Shown in pieces: positions 1 through 12,258 of a DNA stretch of 62,000 bases. Source of the stretch: Wallemia ichthyophaga EXF-994 (taxonomy: Eukaryota > Fungi > Basidiomycota). Position 1 is the first letter of the stretch. Each line of letters starts with the position of its first letter. Location of the stretch: NCBI RefSeq assembly GCF_000400465.1, contig NW_008806283.1, positions 144,001 to 206,000 on the forward strand, written 5' to 3'. The notes under the pieces were generated by a model. It was given only the letters and a program-made list of their open reading frames with translations. It ran no database searches and was not told where the DNA came from. The position numbers were made by a program, and so were the translations under genes.

Positions 1-205
1 ATCACCCACTATCAGCCGCGTTCTTGAGAAGATGGCAGTGTCTCACGATATAACCCAGCTGCATCACATCACGATTGGATATGAATGAAGGAAAATAACG
101 AATTTTGGTTACGATACAAGACTTGTATAGCTAATGATGCTAATGATACTAATATTGATTATATTAAACTACATGGACAGATAACTGAGTTTGTACATCA
201 CCACG

Positions 206-1231
206 ATGAGGTAGGTGCAGTGATTATCAAGCTCTGGGTGATCTCACGGTGACCAGCTTCAATGACTTGGAAAGTGGAGGCGTGCCACTGTCTACGCCCA
301 ACGAATCACCCGGCGTTTCGAGTGGGTTGAGCGGATATACAAAGCACAGCTCACAGCTCTCACCAACAACAGATGAGTTCATACAGCTCAAAGATAAGCT
401 GAGCATTAGTATATTTAAAATAAACGGTAATATACAAGGTATCAACCGTATCGTAGCTGTTTTGGGCACAGCGAAAGAGCAAGGTGACTCACGGGACAGA
501 CTACATGAGCTACTTGAGTCTACAAGGCTCATTGTCAAGAATACCACTGAGAACGTGCGTAATTTTACAAACTGGGATTATGGCGCACATCCGGCGAATA
601 GTCCACAGATAATACGCAACACGCAGTCCAAGATTAGCAGAGACTTTAGTGGAGCTTTGCAGTCATTCCAGAGAGTGCAGAAGGATGCAGCGGAGCGAAC
701 GAAATTGTCGACGGAGAAGGAGCTGTCGAGAAGAGTTGAAGGGGCAGCCCAGCCAGCCCAGCCCGATGAGGTGCTGTATAATCACCAGGATATATACCAG
801 GGAGAGTTGCAAGAAGAGCAGCAGCAGCAACAGGAACAACACCAACAACAAATACACCCGCGTAGAATCACAGAAGCTGAAATGGCATACCAAGATGGAT
901 TAATTGAGGAGCGTGATCACGAGATTAGAGATATTGAGACGTGCGTGTTTTATAAAAAAAAAAAGCTCTGGCTACTGCTCACACTCCACACAGCGGTATA
1001 CACGAATTAAACGACATTTTTAGAGATCTAGGTGGAATTGTCGTTGAACAGGGTGGAATGCTCGACAATATAGAGTCAAACGTAGATAATATCTCCTCAG
1101 ATGCCAACAGAGCTAATGACCAATTAATTTCTGCGCACGAGTACCAGCGTAAAGCGGGAAAGAGAGCACTATGCTTATTGCTAATACTTACAATAGTAAT
1201 ACTGATTGTAATACTCGTTTTGATTTTATAA
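206..1231 (+). CDS. PEP12: Qa-SNARE syntaxin, Pep12/Vam3-like (3 exons)
   Basis: ATGAG at 206-210, intron 211-256 (GTAGGT...CCAG), gives MSFNDLE. A second intron follows EIRDIET. The last exon reads GIHELNDIFRDLGGIVVEQGGMLDNIESNV (SNARE motif), then the C-terminal TM segment ALCLLLILTIVILIVILVLIL and TAA at 1229-1231. Confidence 0.85.
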
Positions 1232-1322
1232 TTTTCAACTCATTCTCATCTCATTCCGAGTTTAATTGACGTCGCATTGGCCTAGTTTGATTTATTGTAC
1301 GGAATCCATCAATACTGTATTG

Positions 1323-2885
1323 ATGCAGATCAAACACAATGCCAATGAATTCCTAGAGCCCACCTCACCCACCATATCACCCGCGTTGATTTACTTTATA
1401 CAGAACAGCTCCCCTTCCAATCACGATGAAAGTCCTCAGTCTCAGAAAGTAGCGAGGTCAACACCGACGGTTTCCAGCCCCAAATTTGAATCGACTACGG
1501 CAGAGTTGAATAAGCGGCCGCTTTCTACTATGTTCAATAACGTTGGCAGTGCGTCAGGGTCCACGAGTAGTCACGCGCATGCACATACGCATACACACAT
1601 ACAAACACAAACACACACACTGGAAGAAGACTTCAGATCGGATATGCGGTCTAATAGGTCGTCTACAGGTACACTAGGTACCATCACGAGGAATAGTCTC
1701 AGAAGAAGAACTAAACCAAGTCTCCAGCTCTTCAACTCGCCTACAAGCAGCCATCAACCACAAGAACATCAATCACCTTATACTCCCACACTAAAACCAT
1801 CTTCAACCCATCATAGAAATTTATCAACGGAATACCTCTCTCATAAAATACAAGGATGGATGCCAAATTTCACAAACTCACTCTCAACTCCTCAGATTTC
1901 GACGGAGTCTTCTTCGTATGACAATAACCACAAAGAGTCCAAGGACTCGAAAGATAACAGCAAACGTGGTATGCTCGGTAAAGCATTCTCGAGTTTACAC
2001 TTTAACGACTTGGGTAAGTCTAGTCCCCAGAATAGCATCCTCAACTACAGATTGCGCATTGGATACCCAAATCAGCGTTTAGTATTTGGTGCATGTTTGT
2101 GGCAATCCACATACACAACTAAGATTGATAAATCTCCTTCGCTATGGAAAATACCAATTGAAGCAAAAGAGTACTTGCCATGTCTGGTAATCAGATGCTT
2201 TGAATATCTCATTCAATGGGCAATGGTTGAAGAAGGTATTTTCAGGATTTCAGGGAAGTCTTCACAGATATTACAACTTCGCAATGAATTTGATAGCGGG
2301 AGTGATATCTATTTGAGAGATATACATCCTTCCATACTAGATCCACACGCCGTTGCATCAATATTCAAAGCTTATTTAAGGGAATTACCACATAACATAC
2401 TCACAAATGAGAATATACCACAATTCAACGATTTCATGCAGATATCATATAAAGTAAATGCAGTTACCTCAGATGACACACCAGCAGCTGCATTAAAGTG
2501 TAACTATAAACAATGCGATCAAATTGACAGTAGTGATGTCGATTTGAAGCTGTTGAAAGATATTCTATCAGAACTACCGCATTCAAACTATTGGTTATTA
2601 CGACTAACGATGAAAATTCTTAAGTTGACAGCTGATAATAGTGAGGTGAACAAAATGACCCTATCAAATCTAGTACTCGTAATATGTCCGTCAGTTTGTT
2701 TATCAGCGATATTCGTCAAAATTTTAGTCAAGCACTTTGATTATCTTTTCGGGATTGATCATGTATTCGAAGATAGTGAGGATGATGAGCTTAGTTATTT
2801 GCGTCCAGAAACAAGCCAGCTGGTGTCATCTAGTGGTGAAAGAAGGAAGTTCAAGCTACTAAGCAGCAAGCGTGATAAGAAGTAA
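1323..2885 (+). CDS. RhoGAP-domain protein
   Basis: Contains EEGIFRISGKSSQILQLRNEFD (arginine finger), HAVASIFKAYLRELP and NKMTLSNLVLVICPSV. The N-terminus is Ser/Thr-rich and the start codon is uncertain (ORF open from 1266). Confidence 0.85.
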   Translation: MQIKHNANEFLEPTSPTISPALIYFIQNSSPSNHDESPQSQKVARSTPTVSSPKFESTTAELNKRPLSTMFNNVGSASGSTSSHAHAHTHTHIQTQTHTLEEDFRSDMRSNRSSTGTLGTITRNSLRRRTKPSLQLFNSPTSSHQPQEHQSPYTPTLKPSSTHHRNLSTEYLSHKIQGWMPNFTNSLSTPQISTESSSYDNNHKESKDSKDNSKRGMLGKAFSSLHFNDLGKSSPQNSILNYRLRIGYPNQRLVFGACLWQSTYTTKIDKSPSLWKIPIEAKEYLPCLVIRCFEYLIQWAMVEEGIFRISGKSSQILQLRNEFDSGSDIYLRDIHPSILDPHAVASIFKAYLRELPHNILTNENIPQFNDFMQISYKVNAVTSDDTPAAALKCNYKQCDQIDSSDVDLKLLKDILSELPHSNYWLLRLTMKILKLTADNSEVNKMTLSNLVLVICPSVCLSAIFVKILVKHFDYLFGIDHVFEDSEDDELSYLRPETSQLVSSSGERRKFKLLSSKRDKK

Positions 2886-2954
2886 GAACAAAAATGTCTA
2901 ATTGTAAAAGTGTACTATTAAGAAATAATAAATAAATAACTCTATAAGGTAAAA

Positions 2955-3464
2955 TTACAATCTCTTGAAGAAAGATTTCAGACGTGAAGGAGTCTTTGTA
3001 GGTTGAGGATACTTGCAAGCCATGAATTGAGGTATAGATGATGTTTGAATTAAGTAGTTTACGTGTTCGTATGCTTTCGTGAAGCAATCCGGATGTGTTG
3101 AAGTGCGGAGTAGATCGAGTGTGTATGATTGGATATCTTCTGGGAGATTTAGTTCAAATTGGCTGAGATTGTTGAAGTAGACGCTGATTATGTGATCAAC
3201 TTCACGTCTATATGGTTGTTCTTGTGTGTTTATGCTAGTCTTCTTCCTCCACTTGTTTAATCTACACGAAGGTGACTTATCCTGCTCTATTCCACTCAAT
3301 CCACTCCATCTACTCTTATAAGATAAAAACCACAAGATAAAGTTGAGATTCTCAATCGAGTGCTCCTGGTATTCTAAAAATGTCCTAAAATCCTCCGCCA
3401 ATTCGTTATTATTGAGTATTTCCGCCAGTGTTTGCACATTTTTCCCCGTTCTCCCCGTTCTCAT
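2955..3464 (-). CDS. Small RGS (regulator of G-protein signalling) domain protein
   Basis: Contains LAEILNN...FRTFLEYQEHSIENLNFILW, IISVYF...FELNLPEDI and CFTKAYEHVNYLIQTSSIPQF, matching RGS helices. First ATG is at 3464. Confidence 0.75.
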   Translation of the reverse strand: MRTGRTGKNVQTLAEILNNNELAEDFRTFLEYQEHSIENLNFILWFLSYKSRWSGLSGIEQDKSPSCRLNKWRKKTSINTQEQPYRREVDHIISVYFNNLSQFELNLPEDIQSYTLDLLRTSTHPDCFTKAYEHVNYLIQTSSIPQFMACKYPQPTKTPSRLKSFFKRL

Positions 3465-3514
3465 GTGATTGTCCAACAACAGCAATATAGCTATAAAAAT
3501 TATTACAAATACCT

Positions 3515-6500
3515 TTACAATAAAAGATCAAGTTGTTGTTTCAATTCCGTTGATATTTTCAAATATTCATTACGTTGTGCCTTGGCTACGCTTAAATCCC
3601 GTGCCATTTTTTCAACTCCATCAACGGCATGCACATCCGCATACATACCGTCGAGTTCCTCATTGAATGATTCGTATAGAACGCTTATCTCACTCTTGCA
3701 TTCATTCAATTGCTTCTCTAGCTTGTGCGTGCGTTCTGCGTCTGCTTTTTGACGCTGTTGCAATTGTCGCGCTACCTGTACTTGCAATTCAAGTGATCTT
3801 TCCATTTCCGCGAATGAATTGCTGTCGATTTGGCCGGATTTAGTCTTTTTCAGTGTTCTTGCGTCATCTGATAGCTGTATTGTGTGTCAGATGGGTATGA
3901 ATGGCACTCCACCGAACTCACACTGTCTATAAGGAAATTGAGACTTTCATCGGTAGTGCCTGCACTGTGACAAATCTCTTCCCACTTGCGTTTCCTCTCG
4001 CTCAAACCGACATCAACCCTGACAATCTCGGATTTAGGAGGAGGCATTATCTTACGGTCCTTGTTCTCCTTCTCTGAGGTATCAGCAGTGTCATTGTACA
4101 CCCACTCATCCAGTGCACTCGTGTAGCCGTAGCCATCCTCCGGCACTGACTTGGTTGACTTGGATGGTTTGAGTGGCTGTGGTTTTGGCTGTGACTCCGC
4201 CTTCACTTCCACTTGCTCCACTGCAACATTCTTACTTGGAATACTCAAAGGACGTACGACAGGCAAATCCATCTTGTACGCATTCCCGACTTTCGGAGTA
4301 GATTTAAGGGTGCTCCTGCTACTTGTGCTACCAGTACTACGGGTGAGATCGCGCGGTCCGAACGGTTTCCTTGCACCGGGCGACATTACTCCCGACCTCA
4401 GACCTGAACTTGTACCAGTACTGCGTGACCACGCGGACGAGTTGGTAGTCTGCCTCGACATACTGAATGCCGGTTCGGGGGGAATGAGTGAGCTGCTGAC
4501 GCTTTCCGGATGGGGTTGGTCAGGGCTAGTGGGAGTGGGTGTGTGGTTGGTGGTGTAAGTGTGAGAGTGCGTAGGTACACTCGTCGACCGCCGTCTGCTG
4601 ACTGTGTTCAATCCTGCTCTGCCCTCACGCACTATCGCTTCATCAGCCCCACCGGCTATGTAGGAAGGCTGGCGAGCTATTGCAGCTGCAATGTCTTCGT
4701 CTGTGTCGTTATCTGCCTCCTCTTCCGCATCCTCATAACGCGGGAATTGTGACGAATCATTCTCGCCGAATTTTAAGTCAACGCTGGTGGAATTAGAGAT
4801 AGTGCTGCCATTGCCGTTGGTGGCGTCGCTCGTGCGTGCATCTGTGTCACTACCGCAAGGCAGCGACGTCGAAGCGTCCGAGCGAGTGCTGTAATTACCC
4901 GCAGTAGCTAGGCTGCTATGAGAGCGGGGCGGGAGAGGTGGATCGAGTGGGTAACCATGTTCATTTTCATTCCCACTCTCACTCTCACTCCCACTATCAC
5001 TCCCACTCTTCTCACTCCTTGCAACGCTCACACCCACCACACCCACATTGCTCGAGGGAGGGGGAAGCGAGCGAGGTCTTTCGAGATAGGAAGCACGCAC
5101 GCCATCCCTGTAGTCGAGCATTTCCACCTCTTCCTCGGCCTTAGCAACAGCCAGGCGGCGCTCGTGGTCGATCTGTGCTTCCGTCGTCCTCCGCTTGTGT
5201 AGCTCGCGCGCAACGGCTTCTGCCTCAGCCTCCCGCTCGGCGTCAGCTGCAGGTGGCGTCTGCTTGCGTTTCACCTTGCGCTCGAATACGGCCGGTGCTG
5301 GCGGCGATTTGGGCAGTGGGCTGGGTGTACGCGTGTGAGTGTGTGCAAGGGTGGAATGAGAAGGCGCCGATCCGCGATGATCTACCGACGTTGCAGGTGT
5401 AGATGTCACCTCGCTGTTTACACTCCCCATTGTTAAATTACCGCTCGACTTGCTCGCTAGTGAGCGTGTGCGGCGGTGCGAGTGTGAATTGGTAGAGTTC
5501 GTGAGGTCTGCGTCAGGTACACCCAGCCTCCCATTGGCAACACCCGCGCCGTGCTTGAAGAAGCCCCTAGATACGCTCTCGAATTTGTTCTTTGTCGGTG
5601 AAGATGGTGCCCGCTCACGCTTGCGTCCTCCCACTGTCAGATTTGGCGCTAAGCCAGCAGGTGTATAGTCGTACAGACGTGCCGCTTGGATATGCCACAC
5701 GAGACGTTCGTAAACGCCAGCCATATCCACACTCTCTTCCAACTCTTCGGGTGGACTACTGAAAGTCGTGGTAAGGTGCACGTCGTCGTGTTCGTTGTTG
5801 ACTTGCGCACGCATCACTATTAGTGGACAAGTGCCTGCCTCGCCGAGTGGAATGGCATCAGCAACCCCTCCGCTCCCGTCCATGTGTAAAACTGCTTTGC
5901 TTTTGTGTGCTGATCTGAACCACTGGTCACGGGATGTGTACACATTGTAGTAGAGTCGAGCTCGCCCACTCCCCCGCCCACTGCTTACACCACCACTCTC
6001 TAATGGCAACCAGTCGCGGGATATCTTGGCACAGGCATCTCCGCCGGTTGACAATGTACTTAAAATGGCCTGCTGTTTCCATGTACTCGAAATGAACCGC
6101 GTCATTGGACTGTCCGTTGAGAGAGGTTCTGATGGAGAGAAAGACACTTGCGTTGCGGAGAAGGCTTTGGAGGATCTGTTAAACCGCTCATCGTCACAAT
6201 CAGCGAACGCTGAGTTGTTGAAGACAATACCGAGTTCTGAATTGTGTGTTAGTGGGTTACTAACACAGGAAAAAAACCAGTCACCTTGATGTGATAAATC
6301 GGTCAAAGTTACATCTGATAGGTCAGCAACAACTTTACAAACCAGTTGATGCTTTGCTATACCAATTCCCCAGGATTTGGCGGGTGTGGATGAAGGATTG
6401 GAAGCGTCCAAGTCATCAAGACCGGAGAGTTTGCGACCTCTTGCGTGAGCAGAGGGACGCTTAGCGATGACCAACTTATCGTTGAAGAGGAAGAGAGTGC

Positions 6501-7347
6501 ATGGGAGAGGGTCGTCAATGTGACTAGTAAGAGGAGTTGGAAGGTCGTCAACGTCGATGGAGTCGATTAGAGTGCGATTGTGTGAGATGAGATTTGGGGG
6601 AAAGTCTTGGATGTTTCTTTGGAGAGTGTGCATTAGAGTGGCACGTTTAGTAGTCTCGTCAGCTTCACAGGAGGCGATCTTTGAGGCTAAATCGAGAGCT
6701 TGAAAGAGTAGGGAGCGTTGATCGTGAGATTGGTCAAGATAGTTCATCATACCTTGAAGGAGGAGGATATAGCGGGGGATTCGTTGGACAGGCTCCATTA
6801 GCAGCTCTCTTAAGCCAATATTGTTGATACCCGTAGTCTGCCATTGGGTTCTATCGATGAATTCGACAAAAGATTTCTTCTTCAATAGGTCCTTGAACAG
6901 TTCAACGGATTTCTGCCTGTTAAAGTAATATTGGTTGTAAGGAGTGAGATAGGGAAAGTGAGACATGCAAATATTCCCTATGTTAAATTCATTCGCGTGT
7001 TCTAATTCGGTGAGGAAGGAGTAATTGATGTGCAAAATCTGATCAATGTTTGCAAATAAAGATTTGGCGTCAAAGTGGTTTATGATTTGAGTGTCTTTGT
7101 GTTTAGCGAATTGTCTCAATGGATCGGCGTAATTGAGTTTGAGAGCAGTGATCCTTTTAACGTAAGATTTCTCAGTGCTGATTAATTCATTGAGTTGCTG
7201 TTGAAATGATTGTATATTCGGAGATTTGGTTGGTGGTGGTGGGAGAGACGAGGAGTTCAGGGAAGGAGAGATGAGATTCTCGCCGATGTCCCAATAACAA
7301 CCATCAAATACAACATCACAGAAGAAAGCCTTATGCTGTGATGACAT
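3515..7347 (-). CDS. RhoGEF (DH domain) protein with long low-complexity region and C-terminal coiled coil
   Basis: DH motifs ELISTEKSYVKRITAL and LRELLMEPVQRIPRYILLL are present. An intron near 3880-3926 (GTGAGT...TACAG) joins the 1165-aa ORF in frame to the coiled-coil exon ending at 3515. Confidence 0.85.
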
Positions 7348-7445
7348 ATTTTTAATTATTTAATTGATATTGATGGTTCAATTCAAACTACCAAATTCGG
7401 TTGGTGTTGGGCAGCAATTAATTAAAAATCTTTTGGTAAACAACG

Positions 7446-10400
7446 ATGAAGAGGAGATCGACAGTTTGTGGATATGAGTTTACGTGTGAGCCATCAACAA
7501 CGCCAACAACGAAATCATCATCATCATCCTCATCGTGCTTGTCTTCCACTTTAACGAAAACAACTTCAATCTCCTCTAGATCTTTATCAATTACGGATAA
7601 GAGCGTTATAAGGAATTATCATTTACTACTTGAGTTGGTTAATACTGAGACGCAATACTACAACGACCTACGAATACTGGTAAACGTTTACTTGGACAAC
7701 CTACCCAAAGCCCTATCCTATCCAACTAGAAATCTAATCAAAAGAAATATTTCATCTATTCTCGCTTTACATTCACGTATAACGGCTTCTATTAACAAAG
7801 TACTCGATGATGAGCACTTGCAGCTAGATACCTTCACCATTGGTCCTGGTTCTGCTATTCACAAGCGCACAATTGACAGATGTACTGATAAAGTTGCAAA
7901 CAGCTTCATCGATCAAGCACCTTACTTCGACATATACAACGAATTCTGCGCTAATCACCCACGTGCCTTATCGAAATTATCCTCCTCCTCTAACCTCCCC
8001 ATTTGGCATCACTACGAGCGCAAATGCTTTGTTTTATCCCAACAATTTCACCCACAAAACAACAAATTACAATTGAAAGACTACCTCATCAAACCTATTC
8101 AACGCGTCTGTAGATATCCTCTACTTCTAGACAGCCTCTCTAAAACCTCCAACCACAAAGACTCTCACATTGATCAAGCACTCCATATTATGAAACAAGT
8201 CGCGATGAAAGCTGATCAAGCTAGACTTGAATGTGAGCAACAGGAGAAAAGCCAACTCATCGCTACTCGCTGTGAAGGCCACTCCAATCTCTCCTCCCTC
8301 GAAATTAACTCTTTTGGCACTGCAAAACTGGTTGGAGCACTAGATGTTTTTGTACACAACTCAAAACTACCTCTAATCCCTCCACTTAAAGTAAAGGTGG
8401 GGTTTTTCTTACCTCTCACTACTCTATCTCATCCAACCAACAGTACCTCGGCGCTTTTCTTTACGAACGCTTTCTTGTTCTCGTCAAAATACGCAAATCT
8501 ACCATCTATGAACCCAGATACTGGTTTCCTTTGGACTTATGGCACGTCACTGATGTTCCCTCTGGTGATGGTACGTTTTTCTTCCCTTTTTCACTCCCCT
8601 TCTGATAATTTCAGGTCTCATGCACCATTCCTTTAGACTCTCCCTTCACCTACAACACTTCGAATTCAGCTGCTGCTCCGACTCTGAAAAGCACATCTGG
8701 ATGAAAGCCATCATCAACTCCATCTCAACTAGTCGCAGGATGTGGTCACAAGATTACGTCAACTCCATGTCTCACTCCAACTCAATCAAGGCTCTCCCCA
8801 CTAACGTCGCCTACTCTCTCGCCCACAGAAAACTAACTGCTCCTGTTTCAGCAACTGCTGAGGATGTTGAGGAACAATCCGCCCAACAATCCCAGCACTT
8901 CCGTGTCTCAGCCCAAAAAAGGAACTCTCTGCCCATCGCGACTGACGTTGATCACTCCCCACAACCCCAACCTCAATCCCAGTTACCCCAGGAGTTCCCC
9001 ACACCTGCCACCTCTTTCACTTATAATCTTCTTCCCCCACCTGAGACTGCTCCTAGTATCAACACTACTAGCAGTACCCGCTTTGTCTATCATAACGGTA
9101 ACCCTGCTGAACCCCTCGTTCTCCGTCGCTCTCCTAGTGCACCTCGCGCTGCTGTCGACAAGTGCATGTCTTCAATACTCTCCGAGGAAATCTCTCAGGC
9201 TCGTCACATGGCTGCTTTAAATCTACGCAGACCAGCTCGACCACGCAAGATGCACTCTGTGCACGCCGATCTCAATATGATGGCAAATCAAGATCCCAAC
9301 CCATCTGCTAACAATACGAACACTATACACAATTCAAATACCGCAAATACTACAAAGAAAGCTGAAGTGAAACGCAGGAGAAGTTTTGTGTACCTCGATA
9401 CCAAGGATGGAACGAACAATTCATTTGGGGATATATTCGAAGATAGTGCAACGTCATCCGCACCTGGCTCTACACACAGTCGACACAAGAAAACTCCTTC
9501 TCGGATCGCTGAAATGTACGGGCGGAAACGCAAGTCATCTGCACCAACTTTATCCAACGGTTTGAATACAGGAGGTAATAGTGAAACGATGGCTAATTTG
9601 TCAGAATTGTCTGATTGGTCGCTTAACGTGAGTGTAGATGACAAGTTGAAGCATCGTCGCAAGTTGGGACACTCATTCAGTAGCCGCTTCAGCTCATTTG
9701 GCGACTCGATCAAAAACTTTACACCAGGTAGTGCCAACAGCAGTCCACTGAGCACACCGACTGCCATATATGCAACTGAGGGCGCACCTATTCCACCACC
9801 TGTTCAAAGTGTAGCCGGGGTGAGGCGTAACAGTCGCAGTTTCAGTGGATTGAAAAACACTCTGACCCTCAAGAGCAGTGCGTCAGAGCAAAACTTGGCT
9901 AAACACAAAAACCCCAATGCTAGCAAACTGTCAGAGACAGAGGCGCTTTATATCAAGTACTTACAAGGCGACATTGGTCCACCTGAAGAATCTCCTGATG
10001 AAGATAAGCAGCAAGACAAAGACAAGGACGAGAGACCTGCAGTCAGACGCAGTTTTACCTTTTCGCATGGAAATACGGATGTCAGTGAGAATGCAGATGT
10101 GATTACGGATACTGAAGTGGATAACACTATTACCCAAAACCGCACCAAACAACGTCTCAGCGACTCGTCCCAAGAACGTGGAAGGGGACAAGGTCGAGTG
10201 AGAGTGCAGCAACCGCGGGCTGTGTCGGCATCTAGTGCGGTAGGTGCGGTGAGCAATGGTAATGCACATGCACACGGCAGCAATCACAAGCGGTCCCGCT
10301 CACGTTTCTCAATGCTCATGCTACCCAGGCAGCGTGAGAGGGAGAAGGAGAGAGAGCCGATAAGTGAGCTTGAGAAAGACCACGAAGGTGCACTGAAAGG

Positions 10401-11172
10401 TCTTCAACTCAACACGGACACCCCACAGCTAGATCTTCCTGGCGATGTCGGGCGCATGTCTCCCATCAATAAGTTCTTCATATTTGGACAGAGTCAGAGC
10501 GATAGTGAGGGTTCGCCTGACGCTTTCAAACCCAGCTCGAGAAAATCGAAAAACAGACGCATCTCGCCTGCTGCTAGCCTCAGTAGCGCCCATCAACACT
10601 TGCCTGTCCACCCATTACAACCTCCTCAGCCACACTTTCGCGGTAAAAGAACGGACCACTCCGCTCCAGCATTGTCGCGCACTTCGACTGAAGCGTCGCA
10701 CGCAGGTGCTCCGCAGCTCCCAAAGCTCGTTATCGGCGAGGATGGTGGTGCAGAATGGCGCCAGAGAGTGAGGCAAAGGGAGCATGAGAAAAAGGCAATG
10801 GAGGAGGAGGGAGGAGTGAATGATTTTGGTCCGCAGAATGAACACATGACGCAGATGACGCAGAGCAATCAGAACAATATAACCAATCCTAATACTCCTG
10901 AGACAGGTACTGCTGGTGAGACGCCTAAATCCACTAAACAAAAATCATCGAACAGATCGGGCGTCTCAAAAAGCTCGCCTAATCTTCTCTCCAGACTGAA
11001 TTCGTTTAGCTCGAACAAATCTAAAAAGAGCAAAAAGGGTAAAGATTCATCGGCTTCTACCCCCGTTTCTGCCACTTCTGAAAATGGCGACGAGCAGTCT
11101 AACAGTGGCACGCTCAATCGTAAAAAGAGTCTCAAGGCTTTCCTCACTAAGATGAACTTCACGCGCGTTTGA
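7446..11172 (+). CDS. RhoGEF (DH-PH) protein with long disordered C-terminus
   Basis: DH motifs LLELVNTETQYYNDLRIL and LKDYLIKPIQRVCRYPLLL, followed by a PH-like segment (FEFSCCSDSEKHIWMKAI). Two short introns near 8395-8443 and 8571-8636 link the two ORFs. Confidence 0.85.
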
Positions 11173-12258
11173 GTGTGTGTAAGGTGAGTTTTGATTTGCA
11201 TGTGGATCAAGTAGCTGACACTTTCTAGCTTATTTTTACTGCACACATAGTGCGTAACCGTTTGATCAAACAAATCAACATCACATTTCCGAGTAAGAAA
11301 GAAAATAAGACAATAACCAAGACAAAAAAAAAGATACCGCAGATTTACGCGCTAAACTTTTCCAGATTTTCAAATATTGCCAATATCTTCTAATCACCCT
11401 TGAATCAAACCAATTATCAATCTGGACTTATATTTCGGTGTCAAATCTACAACACGACCAACTTGTATTACTAAACAACCAATGACAATGACGATATGTA
11501 TCTTGACATAAATGTTTGCATTTCACTATCTATATCGCTTATTGGGCTTGCTACACTGAAATTCTTTGAAAAGCTGGCACATGTACTCGATCATGGGAGA
11601 AGATAGTCTTACACAAGCATTCCACCATTCCACCACTCGGCAAGTATGACCCTTCATAATCGTGAGCCATTTATAATCCTCCCGCTGACACACCTTATCC
11701 TTGCATGATCAAACATCAATGGCGTTCATCGGACATTGAATTCGATCCTCTCTATTGCTCCACCCTAATACTTCCGAGCTGGTATTCACAGTGTTCCATC
11801 ACTGTGATATGCTATCATTCGTCATCTCAAATCAAGGTACTACCGCTAAGGTCACTACTTTCGCCTAACAAATTAACAAGCAGAAATGTACTTGCGTTGT
11901 GATAAGCATAAAATGCGGTTATTGTTCCGATTTTCAGGGTTTTTTTCCTCCTATCACATTCTCAGCCCTTCGGAATTTTTATCAAAATGATGGTGTCATT
12001 TATGTCAAGGCACACTCGGTGAATTCTAAAAAATCCCGCTAACCCGATAAAAAACCAGATCACTGCTACAATATATCATCAAGGGACAGCTTCTTCATCC
12101 TGTCGTCGTAATGTGCCTGTTCGCAGGCTTGCCCATCGCTTAAATTAAGGTGTTACTCATTCTGACTGACTTAATTAAGTGTGGGGCTCGCACTATTTAA
12201 ACTGCGAAGGTGCCTGTGATGTTTTCTTTACAAACCTTCCAACTGATACACTTTAACA

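Noticed and set aside
1-88. Short open frame ending in TGA at about 88 (SPTISRVLEKMAVSHDITQLHHITIGYE)
   Set aside because: It may be the 3' end of a gene outside the window but is too short to identify.
1575-1625. CA-rich run and other simple repeats (poly-Q near 820, His/Ser runs near 4950, A/T runs at 950 and 38135)
   Set aside because: These are low-complexity coding tracts or homopolymers, ordinary for such genes.
6255-6305. Odd hydrophobic stretch GDWFFSCVSNPLTHNSE inside the RhoGEF ORF
   Set aside because: It is best explained as a stop-free in-frame intron (GTGACT...CTAAC...CAG), not a new domain.
11300-12200. About 0.9 kb without a gene, including ORF 11705-11902 and a minus-strand intron-like signal near 11650-11695
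   Set aside because: I could not build a consistent spliced model. It is probably the 3' UTR of the RhoGEF and the promoter of the secreted-protein gene.
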